Shown here: one piece after another, positions 45,519-55,123 of the stretch | Numbering within the stretch: the first letter of the stretch is position 1 | How the letters are laid out: every line of letters starts with the position of its first letter | Assembly: GCA_023512635.1 (NCBI GenBank) | Contig: JAILZF010000001.1 | Coordinates: forward strand, 1-55,724 | Reading direction: 5' to 3' | From: Alicyclobacillus sp. | GTDB lineage: Bacteria; Bacillota; Bacilli; Alicyclobacillales; Alicyclobacillaceae | DNA length: 55,724 bases | Notes under the pieces: generated by a model | Database searches by the model: none | The model's input: only the letters and a program-made list of their open reading frames with translations | What the model was told of the DNA's origin: nothing | Made by a program: the position numbers and the translations under genes

Positions 45519-48500
45519 CTACGGCTGAGCAAACAACCCGCTCACGTCCACCTCGGGTGCCGCCACGGCCATGCGCGGCCGGACGAAGTACAGAAAAGCC
45601 TCGACCGGCTGCCCCAGAGCCGCTTCTGCGGCGGCGCGGTATACCGCCACTTGGGCAGCGTACTCTGCGGCCTGCTGCGGGACGTCCTCCGCCCGAATCC
45701 GGTCGGTCTTGTAATCCAACAGCAACCAGCGGCCACCTTCATCGGCCAGGCAATCCATAACCCCTTGGACCACCGCAAACGTATCGCCCACCTGAAGCCG
45801 CTGCAAAAACGGCAACTCGCGCCAGACCCGGCGGGCGCGCACCAAGCGCTGGCCCAGCGCAGACGTCAGCAGCGCCAAACAATCGTCCAACAGCGCTGCG
45901 TCTACGTGTTCGCGCCGCAACTCCCCTGCCGCCACCAAGGCTTGGGCACACGCAGCCACCGCCGCGGCCGGTGGCAAGGTCAGGTCTATCCGCTGCATCA
46001 TCCGGTGGAACGCCTCGCCTCGCTCGCGCGGCAGCGGCTCCCCAGCCCGGGCCAGCGCCGGGTCTTCCAACAGGTGCTCAAGCGCCGCAGGGTTTAACGC
46101 CATCCCTTGCCGGCCAGCGCCCGGTTGGCGGGCTGACCACACCCGGCGCAGGTCGGTGGCGGATAGTTTGCCCGGCAGCACGGCCGCAGGCGGCACCGGC
46201 GTCACCACCGTCAAACCGCTGCCAGCCCCCGCCAAGGCCTCTGCCGGCTTGACCCGTGCCGCCAACTGGGCGCGAATGGACGGCAGGTCGCCGCGTCGAA
46301 ACGCCTCCTCGTCCCAAGGTACAGGCGCAGCCTCTGTCCGCGTCATCCCGGGCAACTGCGGCAACGGCCTGCCAAGCACCCCCCACAAGTGTACGTGCAC
46401 AGCCACAGGCGCTGCCGCCAGTTCAGGGACCGGCGGAGTCAGCCCCGCCGCTTCCCCCAAGCCGGCTGCCGCCAGTGCGCGCAGCGGTTCCCCACTGACG
46501 TGGCGCATCCAAACCGGAACCAACCAGTCCAGCCAACTGCTCGCTTGCAACCGGTCTAATCCGTGTAGGACAGGTTCCGTCGTCTGCGCCACCTGCCACC
46601 AGCGGACAGCCCGCTGCACCAGTTTCTGCGCAGACCCAATCAAAACCAGGCGATCCCGCGCCCGTGTCATGGCCACGTACAAAATGCGCGCCTCCTCGGC
46701 CAGCGCTTCCAGGCGCTCCTGCGCCTCCACTGCCAACAGCGGCAGCGTTGGCCAGCGCTGCTCGCCCTCCCAGTCGACGCGCTCTGCGCCCAGTCCCAGG
46801 GTCCGGTGCAGGCGCACCCGTACCCCTTGCGCAGTGGGCGGCAACAACCCCTTGCCCAGGTCGAGCACCAGCACCACCGGGAACTCCAGTCCCTTGCTCT
46901 GGTGAATCGTCAGCACGCGCACCACGTCTTCGTTCTCACCAAGCGTGCGCGCCTCGCCTTCATCCCCTTCTGTCCGTACCTCGTCCACCCAGGCGTAAAA
47001 ACCAAACACCCCGCCCGCGTGGGCTCGGTCGTACGCCGTCGCCTTGTCAAGCAGCGCCCGCAGGTTGGCCACCCGGCCGTCCCCCCCGGGCATCCCGGCC
47101 ACGTAGTGCCACAGCCCGGTGTCGTCCAGCACTTGTTTCACCACGGCCGCTGCCGTACTGTGGCGGGCCAGTTCCCGCCAGCCGCGCAAGCGCCGCAACA
47201 ACGTCTGCACCTTGGCTACGAGCGCCGCGTGTGCGTCTGCCGGCGTCCGGCCGTCCCAACCCGGCAGGCCTGCCCAAGCCGCTTCCGTCTCCCCCCGGGC
47301 TACCCGCCGCAACGCCCTGTACACAGGTCCATGCCGCTGCGCCAAGCGAATCCGCGCCAACTCTTCGTCGTCAAAGCCAGCCAGCGGCGAGCGCAAGAGC
47401 GTCCACAGCGGCAAGTCGCGCAGTGGGTTGTCCAGCACGGCCAGCGCCGCCAACACCCACTGGACCTCGAGGGCCTGGTAAAAGCCCCTGCTGGCCTGTC
47501 CGTATGCCGGAATGCCCGCACGCTGCAACACCTCCAGCACCGTCTCCAGCTTGCCTTTGCTGGCACGCAACAGGATGGCGATATCGCGGTATTGCACCGG
47601 CCGCCAGGCGTTGGCCTTGCGGTCCCAGACCCGCAACGGCGGCTGCCCGTCCGCCCCTTGCCAGGCGCGGATGCGCGCCGCTGCCACCAACGCCTCTTTT
47701 TCTAACGCCGCGCGCTCGGCCCATTCTTGGACTTCCGGGTCGATCCCGCTGTCCTCCGCGTCTGCTTCACGGGTGGCACCGCCCTCGCTCTCCGGCCCTG
47801 ACCCGTGATCTGCCAAGTCAGCCGCCGCGGCGCTGGCCAAAGCAGACGCCGCATGGCGTTCCACCAGGTGCAGTTCCAGGACGGCCTCGGTGCCCTCTCC
47901 CGCCGGCGGCAGCGTCCGCGCAGGGGTCATCGCCCCTTCCGTCCGGTAGTCCACGCCGCCCAACTCTGGGGTCAGGAGCTGGGCAAACACAAAGTTTACC
48001 GCCTCCACCAGCTCTGGCCGGCTGCGGTAGTTGTCTGTTAAATCAAGCGCCTGCCCGCCCTGTCGGCGCTGGTAGGCCCGGTATTTAGCTACAAACAGGT
48101 TAGGTTCGGCCATACGGAAGCGGTATATGCTTTGCTTCACATCCCCAACGGCGAAAACATTGCCCTCCGGGCGGGCGACGGCTGCTAAGATGGCCTCTTG
48201 AATGGGGCTTGTGTCCTGGTACTCATCCACGTACACTTCCACAAACCGGGCTTGTAACTGTGCGGCCTCGCCGCTGTCCGGCTGGCACAGCACCTGAAAC
48301 GCCAGGTGCTCCAAGTCGTCAAAGTCAAGCCGCCCCGTCTGCCGCTTGCGCTCGCTGTATGCCCGCTGAAACGCTAGCACCAGCCCCAGCAACGCCGCCA
48401 CGAGCGGTGCCTGGCTGGCCACGTCCTGGCGGAACGCGTCCACCCCCCGGCTGATCAGCGTCCACAGCTCATCCAGCTGTTCGCGCACACGCTTGCGCAG

Positions 48501-49496
48501 CTTTTTGACAGGGTCCCAGGCCGGGTTGGCCGGAGCGCGCGGCGAGCCCTTCTTACGCAACCAACCGCCCACCGCGGCCGCCACCGCCGCCAGCGCGGCA
48601 GCGGCCGGATCGCCACTGCCGGAGCCCTCCGCCCCTGTGCCCGTGCTCCCCGGGCCCACGGTCGCCCGGCCAGTCCCTGCCTGCACACCCGCCAGGGCTG
48701 CCAACGCCTCATCCAGACCCTGCAGGCCTGCCATTGCGTCGTCCGCATACGCAGCCAGCTCTGGTACGGCCGCCGCTTCTCGCGCCAGCGCCGCGAGCTG
48801 CCCGCGCGCAGCCGCTAGTTGCAGTTCTACCCATTGCAGAAACGCTGGGGTCCACGGCCACTGGGTCATGGCTCCGTCGACCTGGCGGTACGCGTCAGCC
48901 ACCCCGGCCAGCCAGGACTCTGGCCATGGTTGACTGCGGGAAAACGCATCCAACCGGCTGACCAGGTCCGCCAGCTGGTCCGGGTCGCCTTGGCAAAACT
49001 GCAGCAACACCTGGGTCAAGCTTTCCGCCGCAGGCCCGTGCAACTGCTCCTCAAACACCGCGTCAAACACCTGCTGGCGCAACAACCGCCGGTCTTCCTC
49101 GCCAAGCAGGTGAAACACCGGTTCAATCCCTAACGTCAGAAAGTTGCGCCGCACAACTTCCAAACAGAAACTGTGCAGCGTCGAGATCTGCGCACGCTCA
49201 AGCAACGCCAACTGCCGGTCCGCGCGGCGGGCGGCCGCGTGGTCTGCGCACGCCACCGCCGCGGCCCGGGCGGCTTCCAGGCGTTCGCCTATCCGGTTGC
49301 GCATTTCCGCTGCCGCTGCTTCCGTAAACGTCACCACCAACAGCTGGTCCATGTCCGGCCCGGTGGGGTCGAGCACACGCTGGGCCAGGCGCTCCACCAG
49401 GACCGTGGTTTTGCCTGACCCCGCCCCGGCTGACACCAACACGTTGCCGCGGGCCGAGATGGCCGCCTGTTGCTGGTTAGACCACGTCCCGGCCAT
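45519..49496 (-). CDS. addA: ATP-dependent helicase/nuclease subunit A
   Basis: UvrD-like helicase with Walker A AGAGSGKT and a C-terminal RecB-type nuclease motif LLLDYKTD. ATG 49496 is preceded by GGAGG. It overlaps the addB stop by 20 nt. Confidence 0.9.
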   Translation of the reverse strand: MAGTWSNQQQAAISARGNVLVSAGAGSGKTTVLVERLAQRVLDPTGPDMDQLLVVTFTEAAAAEMRNRIGERLEAARAAAVACADHAAARRADRQLALLERAQISTLHSFCLEVVRRNFLTLGIEPVFHLLGEEDRRLLRQQVFDAVFEEQLHGPAAESLTQVLLQFCQGDPDQLADLVSRLDAFSRSQPWPESWLAGVADAYRQVDGAMTQWPWTPAFLQWVELQLAAARGQLAALAREAAAVPELAAYADDAMAGLQGLDEALAALAGVQAGTGRATVGPGSTGTGAEGSGSGDPAAAALAAVAAAVGGWLRKKGSPRAPANPAWDPVKKLRKRVREQLDELWTLISRGVDAFRQDVASQAPLVAALLGLVLAFQRAYSERKRQTGRLDFDDLEHLAFQVLCQPDSGEAAQLQARFVEVYVDEYQDTSPIQEAILAAVARPEGNVFAVGDVKQSIYRFRMAEPNLFVAKYRAYQRRQGGQALDLTDNYRSRPELVEAVNFVFAQLLTPELGGVDYRTEGAMTPARTLPPAGEGTEAVLELHLVERHAASALASAAAADLADHGSGPESEGGATREADAEDSGIDPEVQEWAERAALEKEALVAAARIRAWQGADGQPPLRVWDRKANAWRPVQYRDIAILLRASKGKLETVLEVLQRAGIPAYGQASRGFYQALEVQWVLAALAVLDNPLRDLPLWTLLRSPLAGFDDEELARIRLAQRHGPVYRALRRVARGETEAAWAGLPGWDGRTPADAHAALVAKVQTLLRRLRGWRELARHSTAAAVVKQVLDDTGLWHYVAGMPGGDGRVANLRALLDKATAYDRAHAGGVFGFYAWVDEVRTEGDEGEARTLGENEDVVRVLTIHQSKGLEFPVVLVLDLGKGLLPPTAQGVRVRLHRTLGLGAERVDWEGEQRWPTLPLLAVEAQERLEALAEEARILYVAMTRARDRLVLIGSAQKLVQRAVRWWQVAQTTEPVLHGLDRLQASSWLDWLVPVWMRHVSGEPLRALAAAGLGEAAGLTPPVPELAAAPVAVHVHLWGVLGRPLPQLPGMTRTEAAPVPWDEEAFRRGDLPSIRAQLAARVKPAEALAGAGSGLTVVTPVPPAAVLPGKLSATDLRRVWSARQPGAGRQGMALNPAALEHLLEDPALARAGEPLPRERGEAFHRMMQRIDLTLPPAAAVAACAQALVAAGELRREHVDAALLDDCLALLTSALGQRLVRARRVWRELPFLQRLQVGDTFAVVQGVMDCLADEGGRWLLLDYKTDRIRAEDVPQQAAEYAAQVAVYRAAAEAALGQPVEAFLYFVRPRMAVAAPEVDVSGLFAQP

Positions 49497-52360
49497 CGTG
49501 ATGACCTCCTCTGGCGGGACCATCCGCGGCTGCCGCAGCCCCATCCTCCCGCAAGGGTGCGGTCATGGGCGTACCGTCGGCCTGCGGCCCGGCCCAATCT
49601 GTCCCAAGCGCGTGCCATGCCGCCGCCAGCTCAGCCCCGTCCAGCCGCTGCAAACGCCGCAGCGGCGAGCGGTCCCAACGCCGTTCCAAGTGACACACCG
49701 CTTGCAAGCGGCAGTGCTGGCAGGCCGTCTCCTGCCCCAGTTGGTACGGTGCAATGCGATTATCACCGCGCCGTATCGCCTGGCCGATGGCCTCCGCGTG
49801 CTGCAAGGCCCGGCGCAACATCCCGCGCCAGACCTCAGGCGGCAACGCTGGGGACCGCTGGCTCCACTGGCCGTTTTGGTTGAACACGCGGGCAAACAAC
49901 TCGGTCTCACCGCCTGCCAGCAACCGTTCATCCAACCACCCGACCCACGCCTGCACCGCCGCCAATGCTCCGCGGGCGCGCAGTTGACGCAGGGCACGGG
50001 CACGGGCAGCCGTCGCGGCCTCAGGGATAAGCACGCGGGCCAACGACCGGCCTGTCGGAATGTAAAATATACCAGCTGGCTCAGCCGGCTGTTGCAGCCA
50101 CCGCTCGGCCGTCGCCCACAGGGCCACGGCGTACAGCGGCAACTGCAGCTGCAAGCCGTGTTCCAGCTTGCTTTGATCCCACTTGAGAGCCAGGCTGCTC
50201 TTGTAGTCTATCACCCGGAACACCGCTTGCCCGCCGTCGCGCACCACGTCCACCCGGTCAATGCGGCCGCGCAACTGCAGCGTTCCCCCGTCCGCTAAGC
50301 GCCGGACGAGCGGCGGCCAGGCGGAGTGGCCACTGCCGAACGCCACTTCCGTCGCCAACGGTTCATAGCGTCCCCAGCGGACCTGGCGGGTCAGTGCCAC
50401 AGCGACCTTCTCCACCACCGCTAGGTCTGCCTGTGCCTGCTGCCATCGGCTGCGGCGGCGGCGCCAGAAGGCCGTGCGCGGGTCATGCAGCAACTGCGTG
50501 TACACCTGCCGTGCCGCGGCGGCTGCCGCCTCATCCGTCAGTTGCCGCCAAGCCGCCACGTCTGCGGCCTGGGTTTGCACAAACGCCTGGACCGCGGCGT
50601 GCAGCAACGTACCGCGGGCCGCGCGGTCCGCCTTGGGAAGCACCTCTTCGCTGGCCCGCAGGCCATAGCGGGCGAAGTGCTGAAAGGGGCAAGCGGCAAA
50701 CGACTCCAGTTGATGGACGTGGACGTGCAGCGGATCGCCAAACAGGCGCTGGGCCACGGCGGCAGACAGCGGCCGGGCCTTGGCACGCTGGCCAATCCCG
50801 GCCAGGGCTTGCCGCAAGGCCGCGTGCGCTGCTGGCTGGTGCGCAAACCAGTCGAAGACGGCCAAGGCCGTGGCCGGCAAGGGGGCGCCTGCGCGCGTGG
50901 CAGCCACGCTGTGGACCAACGCCGACAGCGCGGCGGGCGGCGACCACGCCCCTGGTTGCAAGTCCCCTGGATGATCGCGCCACCCTTCACTGCTGAACCA
51001 CCCTGGTGGCAGGTGGCTGCGCAGGCGCTCCCAGGCGCGCGCGGGTTGCGTGGCCCGGCCGTCAGCGGCCACGAGCGGGTAACTCACGCACAGCCGCTCA
51101 CTGGCGCGCGTCAATGCGAGATACACCGTTTCCCGCTGGCAAAGCTGCACGTCTTCCCCCGTCAGGCCGAGCGGTTGGCCAAACAACCGGGCAAAGAGCA
51201 GCCGCTCCTCGTCGTGCAGCAAACCGTCCGTGTGCACGCGCGGCGGCAACTGGCCATCGGCTGCACCCATGACCCACAACCCGCGTACGCGCAATCCGCG
51301 TGCCCGCGACACCTCAGTCACCAGCACCTCGTCCACGCCCGCCGGGATGGTGACCAACGGCTGGTGCGTCAAGTCGTCTTGCACCAATTCAAATAGAAAC
51401 GACCGGCGAAGCAGTGCCTCTGGCCAGGTTTCTGTCAAGTCGTCCAGCAGCGCCAGGATGCGCTGCCAGGCCTGTTCGTGCAGGGTAGCCTCAGCCGGCC
51501 GCTGGGCCTCTGTCGCCGCCAGCATCCACCCGGCCACGCGCTGTTTGACCGCGGCGGCCTGCAGCAGGGCCCACAGGGACTCGCCTAAAGCGCGCGGCGT
51601 CAGCTCTGCCGCCGCCACCGCCGCCCAAAACGACGCCAGCACGGCCGCTACCTGACGGCGCAAACCGTCTGCCCGCGCGTCGGCTGCCACCGCGTCCGCG
51701 AGATAGGCCGGGTCAGCCTCCTCCTGGGCAAACGTCCACGCTGCAGCCTGCGTCCAGGTGTCTATACCGGCCACTTCATAGCGGCGCAGGTACAGCTCCA
51801 ACCAGTCAGCATCCGCCTCGGCCAGTTGGCAAAACGACGTCTTGAGCAGACTGGCCATGGCAGCAGTGGACGCTTGGTCTTCTGCGCTCACCATGGCAGC
51901 GAGCAAAAACTTAGCCAATGGATGGGAGGAGAGCAAGGGGAAGTCTTCCAGGCAAACCGGCAACCCGTGCCGTTCAAAGCTGTCCCGCAAGGGACCCGCG
52001 TAATCGGCCAACGACGGGACCAGCACCGCGACGTCACGGTAGCGCCAGCCAAGTTCGCGCACATGGCGGGCGATGGCGCGGGCCACCCCTTCGGCCTCGG
52101 CGCGGATGTTTTGCGCCGTCGCCAGCGTCACCGGCGGCTCCGCCGGCGGGGGTGGCGGCAGCGGGCCGGCAAACACAGCCGCTTCCACCGCCCGCACCAG
52201 GGCAGGGCGCTCCGTGTCAGGCAACGTTCGCACCTCCACCTGCAGGCCGCACGCTGCGGCGTGAGCCTGAATCTGCTCAACCAACCACAACGCCTGCGGT
52301 GCGTAGACGGCAGCCGACTCGCTGACCTGTTCCAGGCGCTGCAACAGCCACCCGGTTGGG
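49477..52360 (-). pseudogene. addB: addB (helicase/nuclease subunit B) lacking its 5' third
   Basis: C-terminal nuclease/Fe-S features are present (FAACPFQHF, IDYKSS, CQHCRLQAVC). So is the central conserved block NIRAEAEGVARAIARHVRELGWRYRDVAVL. The N-terminal Walker-A domain is missing, and homology stops at a codon-usage break near 52360. Confidence 0.7.
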
Positions 52361-52551
52361 CGGCCCGCCGGCGTCCGCTCCGGCTGCTGCAGGGCGGTCC
52401 CGTGGCTCCAGAGGCGCAGCGCCTGGCCGTAGTCGTGACGCTGCCAGGCGGCGTGGCCGGCGGAATAGAGGTCGGCGGGCGAGGGGTGGGCGCCGAAGGC
52501 CAGCCACTGGCCGATCAGGATCCCGAGCACCAGCGTGAGCGCCCGCCGCAT
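52361..52551 (-). other. N-terminal fragment of an unrelated secreted/TPR-like protein, joined in frame to truncated addB
   Basis: ATG 52551 gives MRRALTLVLGILIGQWLAFGAHPSPADLYSAGHAAWQRHDYGQALRLW, which reads as a signal peptide plus a TPR-like motif. Its codons are almost all G/C-ending, unlike addB. Confidence 0.35.
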
Positions 52552-52704
52552 GCCAAGCGGCGGAGGCAAGAGGCGTACCGACGCAGAGACACCCGAGAAC
52601 GCGCTCGGCCCGTGCAAGCCGGGACCGCTGTTCCGGCAACGCGTTGCGGGCCGCCGCGGGCGCGTAGTAGGCTCGGTCCCGTCGACCGGCGAGAGGAGAC
52701 CTCG

Positions 52705-54561
52705 ATGATAGATGTCAAGACCGCCGACAGGGAGCTGGCGACCTACGTGCGGCCCCAGACCTTCCCGGTGGCCATCCGCATGCTCCGGCCCGGCGAGCCC
52801 ATCCCCGAGCGCGCCAAGCGGCCGGCCCGCGACTTCAAGAAGCTGTCGATGAACTGCCAGGTGATCGACATGGCCCGGCGCTACGGGTGGACGATCGCGC
52901 TTACCCGGGACGACCACATCTGCTCGCTCGGCATCGCCGCGCTGGGGTTCGAGAAGCCGACCCACCTGCACACTTCCGGCACCCTGTGCGAGGGGATGTA
53001 CACGGAAACGAAGGAGGCCGGCCAGCGCTCCGAGGCGGCGGTGGACCGGTTCCCGGCCGGCGAGTACTACGCCCTGCTGGTGGCCCCGCTCGAGCGGGCG
53101 ACGTTCGAGCCGCACCTGGTCTGCGTCTACGGCAACCCGGCCCAGGTCATGCGTTTGACTCAGGCGGCGCTGTGGAAGCGGGGCGGCAAGCTGACCTCGG
53201 GCTTCAGCGGACGTGTCGTCTGCGCCGACATCATCGTCACCACCCTGCAGACCGGGGAGCCGCAGGTGATCCTGCCCTGCTCGGGCGACCGGATCTTCGG
53301 CCAGACCCAGGACCACGAGATGGCCTTCACCATCCCCTGGTCGCGGATGGAAGAGGTCATCGAGGGCCTGCGGGGCACCCACCAGGGCGGCATCCGGTAT
53401 CCGATCACGCAGTTCATGGAGTACGAGGCCAAGCTGCCGCCGCGCTACCTGGAGGCGAACCGGGTGTGGGACGCCCAGAGGGGCAAGGCCGAGTACACGC
53501 CGCGGGAGCGGGTGGTGGCGGCCTACAAGCGGACGTTCGCCGACCGGGTGCCGGCCTACCCGATCGTGGCCTCCTTCGCCGGCACGCTGGACGGCCTGTC
53601 CATCGAGGAGTACTGCACGAACCCCGGCAAGGCCATCCCGGCCATGATCCGTTACTGGGAGCGCTACCAGCCCGACGTCGTGCTGGCCTACAACGACCTG
53701 GCCAAGGAGGCCGAGGCCTTCGGCTGCCGCGTGAAGTATTCGGACTACGTGGTCCCCTCCATCGACCGCCACGTCCTGGCCGAGGACAAGAGCCTGCTGG
53801 CCCGGCTGCCGATGCCCGACCCCTACCGGACCGCCCGGCTGCCCGGCTTCCTCGAGCAGTGCGAGGCGCTGGTGGCGGCCAAGCTGCCGACGGCGATCGG
53901 CGCGGTGGCGGTGGGACCGTGGACGATCGCCATGCTCATGCGCAACCCGGAGGTGATGCTGCTCGACACCTTCGAGGACCCGCCGTTCATCCACGACCTG
54001 ATGCGCGTCACCACCGAGTTCTGCAAGGCCTGGGGGGAGGCGATCGCCAAGACCGGCATCGGGCTCAGCTTCTCGGAGCCGACGGCCTCGATCAGCCTGA
54101 TCTCACCCGACAACTACCGGGAGTTCGTGGCCCCCTACCACCGCGAGCTGGTGGAGCACTTCAAGGCCCGCAAGGTCGGGGTGACGACGCACATCTGCGG
54201 GACCACCTACCCGATCTTCGAGGACCTGATCCAGTGCGGCTTCACCACGGTCTCGTTCGACCTCGACCAGCAGTCCGACCCGGCCCGGCACGTGGACCAG
54301 CTGGCCCGGTTCGTGGAGGTCTCGCGGGGACGGGCGGTGGCCATCGGCAACGTGGACGCCACGCGGTTCGAGAAGACCACGAAGGAGGCGATGGAGGCCG
54401 AGGTGCGGCGCTGCATCGACACCGCTGCCCGGCACTCGGCATTCATCCTGTCGACGTCGTGCGAGATCCCGCCGCGCTCCGACCCCGAGGCCGTGCGGTG
54501 GTTCATGGACGCGGCCCGGGAGTACGGCCGCTACGACAGGATCTTCTCGGAGGGCGGCTGA
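52705..54561 (+). CDS. fusion protein: DUF169 domain plus MtaA/UroD-family (methylcobamide:thiol methyltransferase-like) domain
   Basis: ATG 52705 is preceded by GAGAGGAG.
- The N-terminal ~250 aa are DUF169-like (FPVAIRML...MNCQVIDMARRYGW...ICSLGIAALG...VVCADIIVTTLQTGEPQVILPCSGDR).
- The C-terminal ~350 aa are UroD-fold, with HIC (H496, C498) and C586.

The ORF track merges this gene with antisense addB sequence (51826..). Confidence 0.8.
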   Translation: MIDVKTADRELATYVRPQTFPVAIRMLRPGEPIPERAKRPARDFKKLSMNCQVIDMARRYGWTIALTRDDHICSLGIAALGFEKPTHLHTSGTLCEGMYTETKEAGQRSEAAVDRFPAGEYYALLVAPLERATFEPHLVCVYGNPAQVMRLTQAALWKRGGKLTSGFSGRVVCADIIVTTLQTGEPQVILPCSGDRIFGQTQDHEMAFTIPWSRMEEVIEGLRGTHQGGIRYPITQFMEYEAKLPPRYLEANRVWDAQRGKAEYTPRERVVAAYKRTFADRVPAYPIVASFAGTLDGLSIEEYCTNPGKAIPAMIRYWERYQPDVVLAYNDLAKEAEAFGCRVKYSDYVVPSIDRHVLAEDKSLLARLPMPDPYRTARLPGFLEQCEALVAAKLPTAIGAVAVGPWTIAMLMRNPEVMLLDTFEDPPFIHDLMRVTTEFCKAWGEAIAKTGIGLSFSEPTASISLISPDNYREFVAPYHRELVEHFKARKVGVTTHICGTTYPIFEDLIQCGFTTVSFDLDQQSDPARHVDQLARFVEVSRGRAVAIGNVDATRFEKTTKEAMEAEVRRCIDTAARHSAFILSTSCEIPPRSDPEAVRWFMDAAREYGRYDRIFSEGG

Positions 54562-54566
54562 CTTCA

Positions 54567-54595
54567 TCGGAGGGGACCGCGACGGCCCCCTCCGA
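54567..54595. terminator. bidirectional hairpin between convergent genes
   Basis: TCGGAGGGGACCG-cga-CGGCCCCCTCCGA forms a 13-bp stem with one mismatch. There is no obvious U-tract. Confidence 0.5.
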
Positions 54596-54600
54596 CGGGC

Positions 54601-54945
54601 TTACCAGCGGACCGGCTTGGAGGGCCGGTGGGCGTAGCCGGAGTCGCGGCCGCCGCCGCCCGGACGGCCGCCGCCCGGACGGCCGCCGGCGCGCGGCCCC
54701 TGGGGATTCGAGATTTCGACCGTGATGCGCCGGCCGTCCAGCTCGCGGCCGTTCAGCTGGGAGATCGCGTTCTGCGCTTCCTCGGCCGAACTCATCTCGA
54801 CGAAGCCGAATCCACGCGACTGCCCCGAAAACCGATCGGTGATGACCGTGGCCGAGAGGACGTTCCCGCACTGCGAGAAGAACTCCTTGAGGCCTTCGCT
54901 GGTGGTGGAGTACGAGAGACCGCCGACGTAAAGCTTGGATGCCAT
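54601..54945 (-). CDS. RRM-type glycine/arginine-rich RNA-binding protein
   Basis: RNP2 LYVGGL, RNP1 RGFGFVEM, and a C-terminal RGG-like tail. ATG 54945 is preceded by GGAGGAG. Confidence 0.85.
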   Translation of the reverse strand: MASKLYVGGLSYSTTSEGLKEFFSQCGNVLSATVITDRFSGQSRGFGFVEMSSAEEAQNAISQLNGRELDGRRITVEISNPQGPRAGGRPGGGRPGGGGRDSGYAHRPSKPVRW

Positions 54946-55123
54946 GCTTGCTCCTCCTCGACCCTCTCTTCCGACGTCCGACTTCACACGCCCCGCGAAC
55001 GGAAGAGAGACCCTCGGCGGCGGCGAGGTCCGGCCAGAGCGGCAGACGCCCTCAGTGTACACGGGGCGGCGACCGGCGCAAGCCACGATTCCGGTCCATA
55101 CGTCAGGACAACCCCGCCGCCCG

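Noticed and set aside
46664-48088. Long Pro/Arg/Ala-rich ORFs antisense to or out of frame with real genes. Examples: 46664..48088 (+), 21083..22099 (+), 12630..13691 (+), 52887..54725 (+), 9515..10555 (+), 24711..25820 (+), 44019..44741 (+).
   Set aside because: Their composition is typical of wrong-frame translation of GC-rich coding DNA. None has an RBS or recognisable motifs, and each is fully covered by a gene with strong family signatures on the other strand or frame.
52552-52704. Sigma-54 promoter upstream of the DUF169::MtaA fusion gene, given the neighbouring sigma-54 activator. The candidate is ccGGCAACGCGTTGCggg.
   Set aside because: The GG and GC elements are separated by 9 nt rather than the strict 10. 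The -24 element is GGCAAC, not TGGCAC. No better match was seen in this spacer or upstream of the RRM gene.
49477-54561. Two giant ORFs in the track: 49477..53994 on the minus strand (1505 aa) and 51826..54561 on the plus strand (911 aa).
   Set aside because: Both are composites. The minus ORF is real only up to about 52360/52551 (addB plus the joined fragment) and is antisense to the DUF169::MtaA gene beyond that. The plus ORF is antisense to addB until the true ATG at 52705. High GC content suppresses stop codons in non-coding frames.
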